From positions 261,532 to 325,531 of the forward strand of contig JAAOMT010000591.1 of assembly GCA_016748015.1 (NCBI GenBank): DNA of 64,000 nucleotides. Direction: 5' to 3'. The number at the start of each line of letters is the position of its first letter. Position 1 is the first letter of the stretch. Below, piece by piece: positions 38,401-52,221 of this stretch. Made by a program: the position numbers and the translations under genes. This stretch comes from Geosiphon pyriformis uo1 (Eukaryota > Fungi > Glomeromycota). Below the pieces are notes generated by a model, which saw only the letters and a program-made list of their open reading frames with translations, had not been told where the DNA came from and did not search any database.

Positions 38401-40786
38401 TAGTAAATACATGTTTAAATTAACTGTATTTAGTATATAATGACCAAAAAAATATAGTTTAATACAATCTATATTTTTAAAAACTAAAATAATATAAAAT
38501 ATAGTTTTTTAAAATATTTTATTTTTAAAATATTTTATTTTTAAAATAAATAATTATATATATTAATATAAATTTATAAAACTGAATTATATTTAATAAT
38601 ACAAGTTTTTTTATTATAAATAATTATCAAACTAAAAAATTATAAATTACTAGATTTATAAACAAAATATAAAAAATACTTAATAATAATCTTTAAAAAC
38701 TCATAAAATTTTATTAATATTAATTTTTGTTATATATACTAATTTTTTTTTATAAAAACAAATTATTTAAAAGTTACCAATTTAATAATTTTGTTATTAA
38801 CAAACTTTATTACAATTTTAAAATAAGTTGTATTTTGATAAAAGTTATTTTATTAAACTTAATAAAAATCAATTTTATAGCTAATTTAAAAAAATCAATT
38901 AGAATTTTTTTAATAATTACTTTTTAATTTATATATATATTTACATGTTTTAAATTAATATTTGTAATAATATTTATTTTAATTATCAAATTTTTAATTT
39001 TATTTAAATTCAATTTAAATGTAAATATTAATTAAATAATTTTATAAAATTTCAAAAAAATAAAAATCTTTTAAAACTATTTACTTAAACAATTTTTTGA
39101 CAAATTTCAACTTTTCTAGAAATTTTTATTTATAATAACTAAAAAATTAATATTTTATATAAAAAACTTTACAAAATTAAATATTTTTCTTTTTTAATAA
39201 GAGTTAAAATAAAAAATTTGATTTGTTTAATACCAAAAAAATAAAATCAAAAATTTTATTATTATTATTTAATTTGCTAAAATCAAACAGTTTTACTGGT
39301 TTTTTTAATTTATAATATTAAGTATAAATATTTTAAATACAACAAAATAGAAAAAATTTAAAAAGTAAAAACTGTTTTAATTTAACTAATTTAATAATTA
39401 ATAATTGTTAATTAAAAAAATTAATAATTAATAATTGTCTTAATTTAGAATTATTATTTTTTTGGTATAATAAAATTAATAAAAAAATTTTGTATTGCTT
39501 AAACAATCAATTGATTAAATTAGTTTTAAGCAATAATTTATTTTTAAAACATCTGGATTGTAATAATAATTTTATTAAAAAATTGAAAATTATATATTTA
39601 AAAAATATAAAAAGTATTTATTATGTTAAAAATAATATTGAAAACTAAATATTAGCAATTTAAAAATCTTAAAAAATCTTTTTTGCAAAAAAAAAATTAT
39701 TTAATAATTTTTTTTCAGTTTTTCATAAACTATTTTTTTAAATCTATTTTTTTGTAAAGCCGAATTTTTTAAATATTTTGCTATTAGTTTAATAAAATTT
39801 AAAAGCTAAATAAAAACTTATTTTAATATTAAACAAGATATTTTAATATATAGTTTTATAATATAAAAAAAAACATTGTTAAAACTTTAATAATAGATTT
39901 TTCTATTGGTTTTTTGGTTATAAAGATGTTTAAATCTAGTATAAATTCTATTAAAACTTAACTTTTTGAGTTTATAAATAAAATAATTTTTAAAAGTATT
40001 TATATTAAATATTTTATTATTAGTTAAAGTTATAATATTATTAATTTTTATATCTTTTTTAATTAATAAATTTAAACTATTTACTTTATTAATTTAGTAT
40101 TAACTAGTTTATTATTTAAATAAAATAGTATTTTTAAATTATTTAATTTACTAATATTTAAATTAATTAGTTAATTATTATAAATATAAAGTTTTTTACT
40201 TTTTTATAATTTTTTATTTTAAATTAATATTTTTTTTAATTTAGAACAATTAATTATTTTTAATTAATTAAGTTAGTTATTTTTAATATTTAAACAAATT
40301 AGTTTTTAATTATTAATTTTTTTTAAGTTTTAAGAAAATTTTAAGTTTTTAAAATTTTTAAGCTAATGTTTTTATTAATAATATAATTTGAATAAAAAAT
40401 AGTTAAGTTTTAACACAACACATTTTAAATATAGCTAGTAAGTTTTTTAAGATTAATAATATTTTTATTAATAATAACAAAACAGTAAATATCTCTATTA
40501 ACTAGAAAATTATAATATTTTTTTGTATATTAGTAATTAATTAATTTTTAATTACCAAATAAAGTAAATTTTACAAATATTTAAAAATTTTTTTGTCAAT
40601 AAAAAAAATATTTAAGTTAAGTTTTGTTAAAATTTATTTAGATATTAGGGTTTTTTTTTTATTTATTTATTTAACGAGTAAGGTCCAAACACAGTCTAGT
40701 ACTATACATCAAAGAAATAATCTAAATTAGGTGTGAATCATGCACTTTTTACTTATGACCAGCCACTTGGGCTGATCAGAACAATA

Positions 40787-43700
40787 CTATACAGCTATGT
40801 AAACTAAAACTGAACCATTAAGATCTGAGAAAAATGAACAAAATTTGCAAAAACCAAAACATACACCAAAAGTATTAGCCACATTAAGCAGTTTCACCAC
40901 ACTAGCAGAAAACCCCAAAGACAAACTAAAAACTGAGATGAGAGCTGAACCATCAGAAGAAATCAAACCATATTTTTCCATATAGACATGGTGCTTAGTA
41001 TGAACCAACCATATATTATTTCTAAAAGCCATACTGAGAGAGCACACAAACTTAACAATCTCTAAACCAGCTATCTTGGAATTGTGGAAGATGGAAACAG
41101 TTTCGTAGAACCAACCATCAAAAACAAAGCCCTTAAAAAGAGCCATAAACACAGAGGAACCAGAAGTACAGAATAACAACAGCTGCAATACACATGAAAA
41201 AGCAAGAGTGGAATCAGAAAGTGCTTTTTAAGAATCCATATGGGATTCTAATAACTGACAGCAGGCAGACTCATCAACTCTACAAGAAAACATATAATCT
41301 AACACCTCCATTTCACCACAATATAAACACAATATATTGGGATAAAGTTTACTATAAAGATGCTTCTGAATGGCAACAAACAGGCAATGATGTAAAGCTT
41401 TCATGAAGTAAATATGTACATTGGCTAAGAGCCAGCTGGTAAAACTGGTAGTCATATGCAAATTAGGATGTTACACCAATGAAGAGTGGACCTAGTCAAC
41501 CTCAGAAAGCAAACTGGTCTCCAAAAACTTAGAACCAGAACCAATTTCTCAATGTGCATGACAAATGAAACGAAAAATATCATGAACAAAGTGTTTAGAA
41601 TTGCCAAAAACTATATTATCATCAGCTACAATAAAACATTCATCCATGCGAGAAGGAAGACACCAACCTGAAAGAGAAGCAGTACCAGCAATTACATTAG
41701 TGCACTTATTCCCTAAAACACCAAAGTGATCTTTCACCTTGTGCTAACTAACTTTCAAATTTTTACTATGAATAACATTAAAGATATGTCGACACTCAAT
41801 TTAACACTGATTACAAAAGTCAGGACACACCAAAACCAATTTTGACTTGCAAACATCCAAAGCAGATTGGCTATCCGAAAACAAGCAAATAGAACTGGAT
41901 AAGGAAACACACTCCAGAGCCAATACAATAGCCTGCAATTCCACCAGAGTAGAAGACATCAAACCCGACACACCAACACCCAAACCCAAACCCAAACCAA
42001 TGTCCTCAAAAAAGGCAGCAGTACCAGCTCTACAGTTGACTGTGCCTAAGTTCTTCAAGAATCTGTCAGTATATACAGATAAAATACTAGTATTAATTTG
42101 TAAAAGATGATTGCAAACAGACACAAAGTTACTGGACTTAAGAATTTTCAAAAGACCAACATCACACAAAGCCACAGAATGAGCCAAAGAGAAAGTTACA
42201 TCATTGAAAAATGCAGTAAACAACTTGAACCACTTCAGAACAGAGCCATAGAGGTCCAATCTCTTTTACTACTTAAAGATGTATCAATCAAAGACAACAC
42301 CATGATGATCATGAAGTTGTTCTACAAACACAATATCATATCACTAAAAAGAAGAAAGAAATTTGATAAACTTTGACTCACTCAGAACAACAAACATGGA
42401 CATCTTATCATAAAACTGAAAAAAACTGGCCACAGGGCTACTAAGAGACACATTACAATCAAAAAGAATATGAATCATGCCTGCCAGGAAATTATTAGAA
42501 GCACTAACACGAGTATAAACAGGAAAGACCAATGGATAAACAGGGCACCAACACCAAATTTGTAGGTCATAAGACCAGTAAGAAAACAAGTGACCCAAAA
42601 TTTCACCAAAGTTCACAAAGCTAATAAGTAAAGCAATCTTACTTTCAGACTGAATTTGCAAAAAAAATTTCAAACCATAAAAGGAAGGGTAGTGAATAGT
42701 ATTACTAGGAAAGTTGAATGGCAGACCGGACTTAAGCTTCAAGTCCTTATGAATTAGAGCATCTCACTTATTGTACACGCCAATAAGAACAAAGCTAAAC
42801 TGTGTTCTATAGCTGACAATAGGGTAAAAAACTGCTGACACCAAATATAAAAACTGCTTATTTAATACAGCTTTCCTCAAAACCAGATTGGTGAAAAATC
42901 GAACATTTGAATGTGTCTTAACCAAACTAGGCTTTGAAAGACCCTCAGTCAAAATAAAAATACCTAAATACTAATGAGATTCCCCTTTCTTAGCAATAGT
43001 GATAGAAGAACCATTGATAAAAAAAGAAGGATCACTAATTCCACTATTGATGAAAATAGCCACCATCTTTTTGTTATTAATAAAAATGTCATTTATCTGG
43101 AAAAATTCACTAGCAATGTTAAGAATATGTTAAGTAGCATTTTGACTGCTACCAACCCAAATTGTATTATCAACAAAAGCACCAGCAGCAAAAAAGAAGG
43201 AAAATCTAGCTCAAGATTCAGCACGACCACTCTTGAAAATAAAATGAGAATTAATTCTGTATTTACACACACTCTCCTGGCACTTGACTTCGCACAACAG
43301 AAGATCATAAAACACACATCACAGAAGGGGAGAAAAAACTTCTCTTTGGTCCAAACTGTTATGCACACAATAACTATCTGTTAAACCAAAATTTGTTATA
43401 ATTCAGTTGGTATGACTTCTATGAATATTACCAAAAAATTGAATGAATTTGTTACACATTTTAATTCTGACCAAACTTTTCTCAAGATAATCCCAGCCAA
43501 CCAAATCATATGCTTTCCGCATGTCCTGCAAAACCAGCCAGAGCTCCCAGTTTTTCTCCAAAGCATCTTCAATGACCAATCCAATTACAAAAATAGGAGA
43601 CTGAGTTGTTGTACTCTTCAAAACCAAAAAATTGTCTCCACAAAGAACATCAAAAGTGCTGCAAGCTAAGGAAATTCTATTAGAGAGGATCTTGGAGAGA

Positions 43701-45481
43701 ATCTTGTGAGCTGTTTCAATCAATACAATAGGATAAGTATTTGTCAAAACACTTTCCCACTCATATGGTTTGGGAATCATCAAGACTCAGCCTTCTTTTC
43801 AAGGATTGAGAACAAATTCATCAGACAAACAACAGTTTAGAAGCACCAAGAGCATGTTCAGAATAGATTTATCACAATGCTTCTAAAGCTCATTTGAGAT
43901 GCCCGAGAGACCAGCAGCTTTGTTATTAGGCAGATTAAAAACCACCCCAAAAAATTCATCAAAATCAATTGAATATATTACACCAGAAAAAGCTCCATCA
44001 AAAACGTATTCTAAAGGCTAATACTGATGACACCAATTATTAGAAACATCAAGAACTGTTTAATGCTTCCAGATCCAACTTTTCATAATTGTATCAACTT
44101 TAGACTTAACCAAACCAGGTTCCAGAACCAGCTTGTCATCAACAACCAAATGGTCAAGCACCACCTTGTGAAATGGGCACTCCAACACACTTTTGATAGT
44201 ATAATCTTTATTTATTTCGAAGCTCTTTATTCTTTTGTCTATAGTGGATCTAATGTTTGCCTCTTTAGCTCTCAGAGATTCTACCAGCTTCAAAGCATGA
44301 TAAGATTTTCTAGCACCAGAAAGAACAGAATGAACACAATTACAAAACACATCAGAGTTCACTAAATCTTAAACAATTGAAGTCTTAGCACTGTTCAAAG
44401 AACACCAATGTTCCATAAGAGAAACAAAATTATCAACACCACCTCCAAGAAAACTTCTAACAATCTTTGAAACTAAAAGTTCCAATCTATGAAATCTCGA
44501 AGACCCCTTGGTGAAGACATAATTATTGTCCTTAAACCATTTCTTTTTGAATATTTTATTAGCCAAAAACACCATAACTTTACAAATAACATTTCACATT
44601 GTATTCAAATCTGAGAATCTTGAAGCTGTAGCAAACTTATTTGAGAATATTGCCATATTGGCCATTGTGGCACCTTTGAAATTATTCCACTTATTTTCAC
44701 CAGCATCCTTGAAATTGAACTTCCACTGATTCTTATTTGCCTGTTTGCAAAAAGAGTTCAACCATGTGTCTAAAAAGCCACCAAGACCCACAAACATAAA
44801 AACTGCTTTGTGATCTGTGTCAAAATACTCACCAACCTCCAAAATCTCTCAGTATACTATTGTATTAACCAGACTCGAAGAGACAAATATGAAGTCAATT
44901 GTCTTTATGATTCCCCTAGAGTTTGTCCAAGTAGGTTCTTTGATGGCCAGACTACCAACCAAAGAATTAACAAGCCCCAGATTAGCACACTTTTTGAAAT
45001 TTGCACACTTATGAGAGCCATCTTCATTAAAATTACCACCAAGGATGACAAAAAATGATTTATTTGCAGTCTTTGCAATAAAAGAGTTGATCTTACCAGC
45101 CTAAGAGAACCAAACTACTGAGGAAGCACCAGTGTAAAGTCCCAAAATTGACACTGAAACCTTATTCTTGAAAAGCAGTTTAATGGAAAGAAGCCGACCA
45201 GGCATCTCAGAAACCCTGCTTACATGTCTTGCCAAAGATAAATCTATAATGACAACAACACCAGCACTCAGATAACCAGATTCCAAACCAGAAGTAAAGA
45301 CCTGAATGCCATCAAACCTATTAGTAATCCATAGACAAATATTCTTCTTTAGTTTTGATTCTGTAAAAATAGAAATTAAGTTGCCTATGTTCTTATGCTA
45401 ATGAATGATATCATCCTGTTTTGCAGGATTGTTTATTCTTCTAACATTGCAAGTTGCAACTTTCCAAACTGGAACATTTAT
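40787..45481 (-). pseudogene. LINE-4 ORF2 (APE-RT-RNase H), disrupted
   Basis: ATCNVR, LQDMRKAYDLV, YTDRF (from YTDGS), ELQAI, FSDSQ, CLYC...YMFSC. Confidence 0.9.
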
Positions 45482-47283
45482 TGAGAAGAAGATCGGAAAA
45501 GTGCACCACCAGCCAGAACCAGACTATCAAAGCAGGCAGACAGACTCAGAACAGAAGCAGAAAGACCCTCCAACATATTTTCTAACTTGATCACATAAAG
45601 GAACACAGATGAATCTAAAACTATAGCAGTCTCACCACCAGTGGTTTCACTCGAGCCCACTTTCATTACTATATCATTCTTTAGATTCTGTGAAAAGGGG
45701 GTTATCAGCAGCTGACATCCAGGACTAGGCTGGAAAACTGCCAGCATAAGTAAATTCAATCTCTTAGCCAACTTACCAATTTGTTTCATAAGGTTGGTAA
45801 AACTGCTTTCAATATTGACCAATCATTTTTTCAAATCATTCATACCAAAAAGAAGAGGTTTACTATCATCAATGGAACCAAAAAAAGAGTTAGTACTATG
45901 AAGAGAACCCATAAAAAGAGTATCAACTACCAACACCCAAGTTTTTTCACTAAAAGCCAGAGGACGAGAGATAGATGCTGACTTTTTTTTATAAATCTTT
46001 GCCAATCTGAACTGGTTCTGAGCTGAAAGAGGGGCTTTTCTGCCTCTGGAAATTGACCCAACCTTAACCAACTTACAAGTAAAAAACATATAACCAGAAT
46101 TCTTACACTCTGAACATAAAGCCAATGAAAGACAAGACCAATAAAGACCAACTCCCTTTATAACAGAGGTCATAGCAATTGCTTTAACTAAATTCACCTC
46201 AGAATCAAAACACATCATAGTACAATAAGCACGAGTATAGGTGACAGAATTACAATCGATGATACAGGTTTTCTCACCTACAGAACCAATAAAGTCCCAC
46301 AGATTATGAGCAGTCATTTCCACAGGGAGAGTATAAAGCAATGCTCTATAATTATCCCTGATATTTCATGTTTGTTTGTCGATGTCAGTCCTGGCCACTT
46401 GCACCACATCTTTTCTGATAAGAATAGACTATTTAGAAGCCAAAAAATCAGCTTGCATCTGATCTTTCAATTTAATGATTACTTTTTACCACAAACCCAC
46501 CAATTGTATTTTGATCATCTTAATCTTTCCAAATTCAGACACCACAGCTCGCACAGCCTCAACAGATGTTCCCACTGGAATCTTTTTTAACACAATTGCC
46601 CAATTTGTATAATTGTTGATAGAGCATTTGAGATCAGTGTTTACTACAACACCATGATCATTTGCCAATTTTGCTGCAGCCAACAAAGCTTTTTCAGAAG
46701 TAAAAGAAGCCTGGATGATCTCACCAAATTTTGAGAGAGTAAAGGCCCCCCCAAAACCATTCACTTTAGAGAAAATTTTTCTGACATAAGCTAATTTTTC
46801 TTGAGAGGACTTGCCAGCCACCACCATAAAATCAATATTCAGAGCAAAAGATTTTCTGACTGAGACTTACACCATGTGTTTGTGAGAGAGAAAGGGAGAG
46901 AAAAAGAGTGACCCATTCAAAATATTATTATCATCATCATTTTCCATGCCAAAGTTAATAGTGCCAAGAGGTTTTCCAAAAACACACTTAATAACAACTC
47001 TTTTGGGACTTTTGGGCATTATTTCAGTATTATTACCACCAGACTCTTCTCTATTTTTATGCTGAAAGCTGGTTTTCTCCACCAGATACTCCTTTTTTAT
47101 ATCAACACTCTCTGACTCAATAGTATTTCTACTTACACTTTCAGCTGTACCACCAGAGGTGCCACTAGCAGAAATACCAACCACCTTAACAGATTCTTCC
47201 AATAAACCACCTTTGCACTTCTTTCTAGAAGAAGAGTCAATCACAGCAGCATCAGACAACGACTTTTTCTTGACTTTCTTCAT
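45478..47283 (-). pseudogene. LINE-4 ORF1, disrupted
   Basis: IVLKKIPVGTSVEAVRAVVSEFGKIKMIKIQLVGLW, LYTLPVEMTAHNLWDFIGSVG, CSECKNSGYMFFTC knuckle. Confidence 0.87.
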
Positions 47284-49464
47284 AACAAAAATGCCACTGT
47301 TAACAGTAGTCTTGTATTTAAACAGAAAAGGTTGTGAAGTGTCTAACTGAATAGCAAAAGAAATAAAAGCAGCAAAAAAACTTCTCTCAATAAAAGCACT
47401 TTTTCAGGAATTTGGGACATAGGAGAAAAAAAGTTTTTTAGTTTTTTTTAAATATGATTTTTAAGAAAACATTGTTAAAAAAATAGTTTTTTTATTTGGT
47501 TTTAACAGTTTTATAGTCTATAATTAATTATTATATGTAATTTAATTTTGTATCTAAAAACATGTATTAAAAATAAAATATTATAATAAAAAAAGAGCTT
47601 AGATTTAAGACTAATTTGTCTAAAAACTTTCTTAAAAAAACTTTACACCACTTATTTCTATATAAATTGATTTTTTTTAAGTAAGTACAGACAAAAATCA
47701 AGATAACTTTAGTGATTAAATTTTTAAATATAACAAAAATTCTTGACTAATTGTTTAAATATTATTTTTTGAATTTGTAAGTTTTAAGTTAGATGTTTAT
47801 AAACTTATTGCAATATTCAGTTAAGTTAAAAATTAGTTCTGTAAATAATTTTTTATAAGCATTGTAAAAAATTTTTTGAATAACAAAAATTTTTTGGTCA
47901 ATAATTTGTTTAATATATTTTATTATAACAATTATTTTTTAATATTCAAAATATTAAAAAATTTCTATTACTTTAATACAGTTTGTTTTTTAAAACATTC
48001 TGATATTATGTTTAAAAAAATATTGTTGAACAAATATAAACTAATTATAGATTAAAAAATTTTTGTTATTAGAAAAAATTGTGTTTTAAAAGCCTAGTAT
48101 TTTTATGATTTAAGAAGACTTTAACTTATATAAATAATTTTTTGGTTAAATCTAATAAGATTGTTTTAGTTTTGGTTGTTTAAACTTTTTTGCTCAAAAA
48201 ATTTTCTAATATTTAAGAGTATTTGCATAAGTTGTAAATAGAAGCAATAAGTATTTACACCAATAGTTTATTAAAAAATTTAGATATTATAAAAGTAATT
48301 AATAAGACAATAGCTTATTTTTTTAATATTAAGATGAATATAAATATCAAAGTACATAAATTGCTATTTTTAATAATGATAGAATTGTAAACAATTGTTT
48401 TAGTATTAAAAAATATTTTTTTTTGCTTAATAATTTTGTATATAAATTGTTAAATTGTTATTAGTATTTATATTTTAGAGCTTAAACTTAATTTGCTTAA
48501 TTTTTAAAATAAGCATTGAATAAAAAAACATTATATAGCTAATTTGATTAAGTTAAAAAATATTTTTATAAGATGAATAAAAATCAAAGACCATTTGGAA
48601 AACATGATTAAATAAATGTTCTTATATATATTATGATCTAATTTTATTTAGCTTTTTTTGTTAGAGTTTATGAGAAATTTATTATAGTTAATAATTTGGT
48701 TATGTTAGATAATATTTGTTATTTTGTTTATAATATTATTAAACTGTTTATTGTGTTCAATAAAAAGTAGATCTTAGTACAAAAATTGTAAATAGTTTAC
48801 TTATTTAAGACATAAACTGGGCTTGTATTACCATAATTTAATATTCAAACTCTTATATGCTTTTTAAATTTATCAACAAAATTTTGGTTGTTTTTTACAT
48901 ATATTTAATAAAAGCAGTCCATAGAAAATTACTGATTGTAATTAGAAAAAAACTTTATAATATAGATTATTTAGGTATTTTATGCTTGTTGTATAGTAAT
49001 ATTAAACTGCTTAATTATGTTTTTACTTGTCCAAAAAATGTCTTTGTGTAATCTAAAATTTTGCTTGATCATATTAAACTATAAAAATTTCTGATAGAAG
49101 CCTGTTTTTTTTGTTGTTTTTGATACTGCACACTTTTTTTTTAAGAAATTTAGATGTTATATTACATAATATTGTATAAAAATTTTATTTGTTATTTGGC
49201 TAAAAAACATTACAGTAAGTTATAAATATTTAGATTGAAATTCAGAGAAGAGTGACTTAATAAATAATAAAAAAGTATTGCTTAATGTTTCTTATAATCT
49301 GTCTAGTTTTTTGTTAATTGAAATAATTTATTTGCTTGATATTATTAAGTTATTTGCTGTTAGTTTTGAATTACATAATATTTATTTATTTTTTTTGGAT
49401 GTGAACAATAGTATAAAAATTTATATAAGTATATAGTATTATTTTAATTAACTTAAATAACTGG

Positions 49465-50193
49465 TGTTATAGGTGATTATTTTGAGTGTTAGAACAAATA
49501 ATAAACTTGTAACTTGGTATTCAATAGCTGTTAATAATAGTAATCTTTAAAAATTTTGGAGTTTGAAGATTTTAATTGAGTTTTTTATATAATAAACAGA
49601 AATTTAATTAATAGTTTCTTCCAAAAATTTATAAGTTTTTTACTCTTGTTTTTAGGTCTTTTATTAGACTATTTTTAATGTTAATTACTTAGTGCTTAAT
49701 CTCTTTAATTAATTAGTCGATAACAAAAAAAATAAAACAAAAGAAAATAAAAAAAAATAAAAAAAGAAAATAAAAAATTAGTATTTTGTTAATAGTTATA
49801 ATCAAGAGCTATTGGTCCAATGTAGTTAAGTATTGACTTTTATTAACATAGAGTATTAATAATATAAAATATATTAATATTACTTTAATCAAGTAATAAT
49901 AATATGAATTTGGGTAATAATGGATGTTTTATTAATATAAGTATAATTCTACTTCAAATTATAGAAAACTATCTTTTAAAAAAGAAGTATTGTTGTTTAA
50001 AACTGAATTGTCTGTCTTTTTTGCTTCTAATATTTTTACTATATATACATAATTTATATTATATGAGATTTTTTAAAATCTTTCAATTTTTTTAAAAAAA
50101 ATCTTGGAATTCTGAAATTTTTTTTTTTACTATGCCTATTTTTGATTGGCTATTTTATCTACTTATAATAATTCATAATTTTTATAAGTAATA
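49465..50193 (-). mobile_element. Solo LTR, family B, in the LINE-5 3' UTR
   Basis: TGTTAT...GTAATA termini, 4-bp TSD CTGG/CTAA (G>A-decayed). Collinear with 11437-12110 plus 18893-19028. Confidence 0.85.
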
Positions 50194-52221
50194 CTAATTA
50201 TATATAATAAGAGCATAAGTTATGTTTAATTAAGATTAGTTAATTTGTTTCTTTATACTAAATAATAATTGGACTGTATTTGTTAAATAATAATAATAAT
50301 AATAAATTTGTAATTAATTTTAAGATATTTAAGTTTTGTTTTATTAATATAAAATTTTATATTAAGCTTATTGCTTTTTTGGATTTTTTTATTATTAATA
50401 TTATTAATTTTGCTATTAGCTTTAAGTTAAATTTTTTAAAATCAGAATTTATTAAGTTGGTTTTGTTAATTAAATTTATTATTAAACTTATTAATATTTT
50501 AATATTTTTTTTGTTTTGTATATTAAATTAAAAAAATATTTTATAATTGAAAAAAAATTGTTATTTTTAAAAAAGTTATTAATAAATTAAATAAAAAAAC
50601 TGGTAATTTAAAAAAAAAATTTAAAATTTATAAATAAAATTTAATTTTTATTTATTATAATATAATAATAATATTTTAAAATAATACATAATTAATCTTA
50701 AAATAAATTATAAATTAAAAATAATAATATAAATAATTTAAATTATATTGTTAATTAAAATATATTTGCTTAAATAATAGTTTTTTAAAAGCTTTAAACA
50801 TTTAATATTAAGTTAAATATAAATAAAACTGCTAAATAAATAAGTAATACAATTAAAAATAATAATATATTAATTGTTTATATATATAAAATGTCTTTTT
50901 AGAATAATTTTTATTAAATTTAATTTAAATAGAATTTGTATTTAATTATATGCATAAAAATACATAAATTATATTTATTTTAGAATACTTAGTTTATTAT
51001 ATTATAATAAATAGAAATAAAATTTTATATGTTAAAATAAAAAAATAAAATTTATTATTATTATTATGTATTTAATGAGTGTAGCCCAATCCCAAAAATA
51101 TCTTATATGTTAAAATTGATTTTATTTAAAAATTTACTTATTAATATTGTTTATTTTAATATTTATTATATTGCAATTAAAAATAAAATTTTAATATATT
51201 TATTATTATTTTTATATTATAAAATATAGTTTAATTATTAATTATTTTTATATATATATTATGTTTAATTATAATAAAAAATATCATTTTAAATTATTAT
51301 ATAAGATAATTTACAATTTTTTTATTTCAATTTAGCATTAAAATTTTTTTAAAAAAATAGGTTTATAAATAAATTATATATATATATTTTTATATTATAT
51401 AATAAAAAATATAAAAATAATAATTATGCAATAAGAATTATTATTAATTACAAGTATTATATTAAATACAATAATAATAATAATAATAATATAAATGCTT
51501 TTTTATAAATTTATTTGTTATTGAAATTTTGAACCAAAAATTTTTTTATAATGGTTTATTAATATCAAAAAATAATAATTTCTATTTTTTTAATTTTTAT
51601 AATATTTGCACCAATTAATTAAAAACTTGAGCTCATTATTTAATTATTTTTACATTTACATTTATATTAATATTAATATTAAATTATTATTTTTTAGATT
51701 ATTATGATGGAGATAGGTAAATTACCCAACTCTGTAACTGAAGATATCGGTCGCAAAGCCTCTACTACCATTACTTGGTCAAAATTTCGCTTACTCCATA
51801 CCTGATAATACCGGTCAAGAACGTCCGAGTAAATATGGAAAACGATTCAAACAAAGCAAATTACCTTTTTTTTCCTAAACGCAACCAAAGTTCTTTCAAA
51901 AACACACCCCATCCAGTCAATATTGTCACATAAACTAATCATCCAGATTTTGCGGATGGAAAAAAACATGACGCATTAGTCTTGACATCACACGATTTAT
52001 TAATCATCAGAACCAAGAGGATAAAGCTGCGACTTTTAAACTAACCAGATTAAATCAAATATTAATGCCAATTTATTTTTTTCTAGAGATTTCAATTTAG
52101 AGAACTAGTTCAAAATTCAGATCACTTTAATAATTTAATTTTAAAATGGGCTAGAAAGATTAAATGCAATTACATTATATCCAAAGGATAATAAGAAATT
52201 CCATTTCGAATACTGGGTTAA

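Larger units (their letters stand above)
40651..47439 (-). mobile_element. LINE copy 4 (full length, degenerate)
   Basis: (TAAA)n/poly(A) tail, conserved 3' UTR 40673-40786, ORF2, ORF1 and 5' inverted repeat. Inserted into LINE-5 ORF2. Confidence 0.93.
39500..50303 (+). mobile_element. LINE copy 5, extremely AT-eroded relic, split by LINE copy 4 and a solo LTR
   Basis: 40400-40650 reads TQHILNIASKFFKINNIFINNNKTV...YKYLKIFLSIKKIFKLSFVKIYLDIR and resumes at ~47440 (FF.NM..RK...FYLVLTVL). 48857-49051 reads YLIKAVHRKLLIVIRKKLY...LCLLY...YVFTC. The 3' UTR is split at 49464/50198 and ends in an (AAT)n tail. The left boundary is uncertain and may extend to ~38400. Confidence 0.8.

Noticed and set aside
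227-47350. Many short ORFs antisense to TE genes, recurring between copies
   Set aside because: They are shadows of the conserved sense reading frames and carry no independent motifs.
49904-50531. Hydrophobic I/L/F/K/N-rich ORFs (also 38727-38927 and 844-1053)
   Set aside because: Chance ORFs in extremely AT-rich decayed repeats.
51704-51809. Box C/D snoRNA (ATGATGG...CTGA with short terminal stem)
   Set aside because: Imperfect C box, and no rRNA-complementary guide of 10 nt or more that I could identify.
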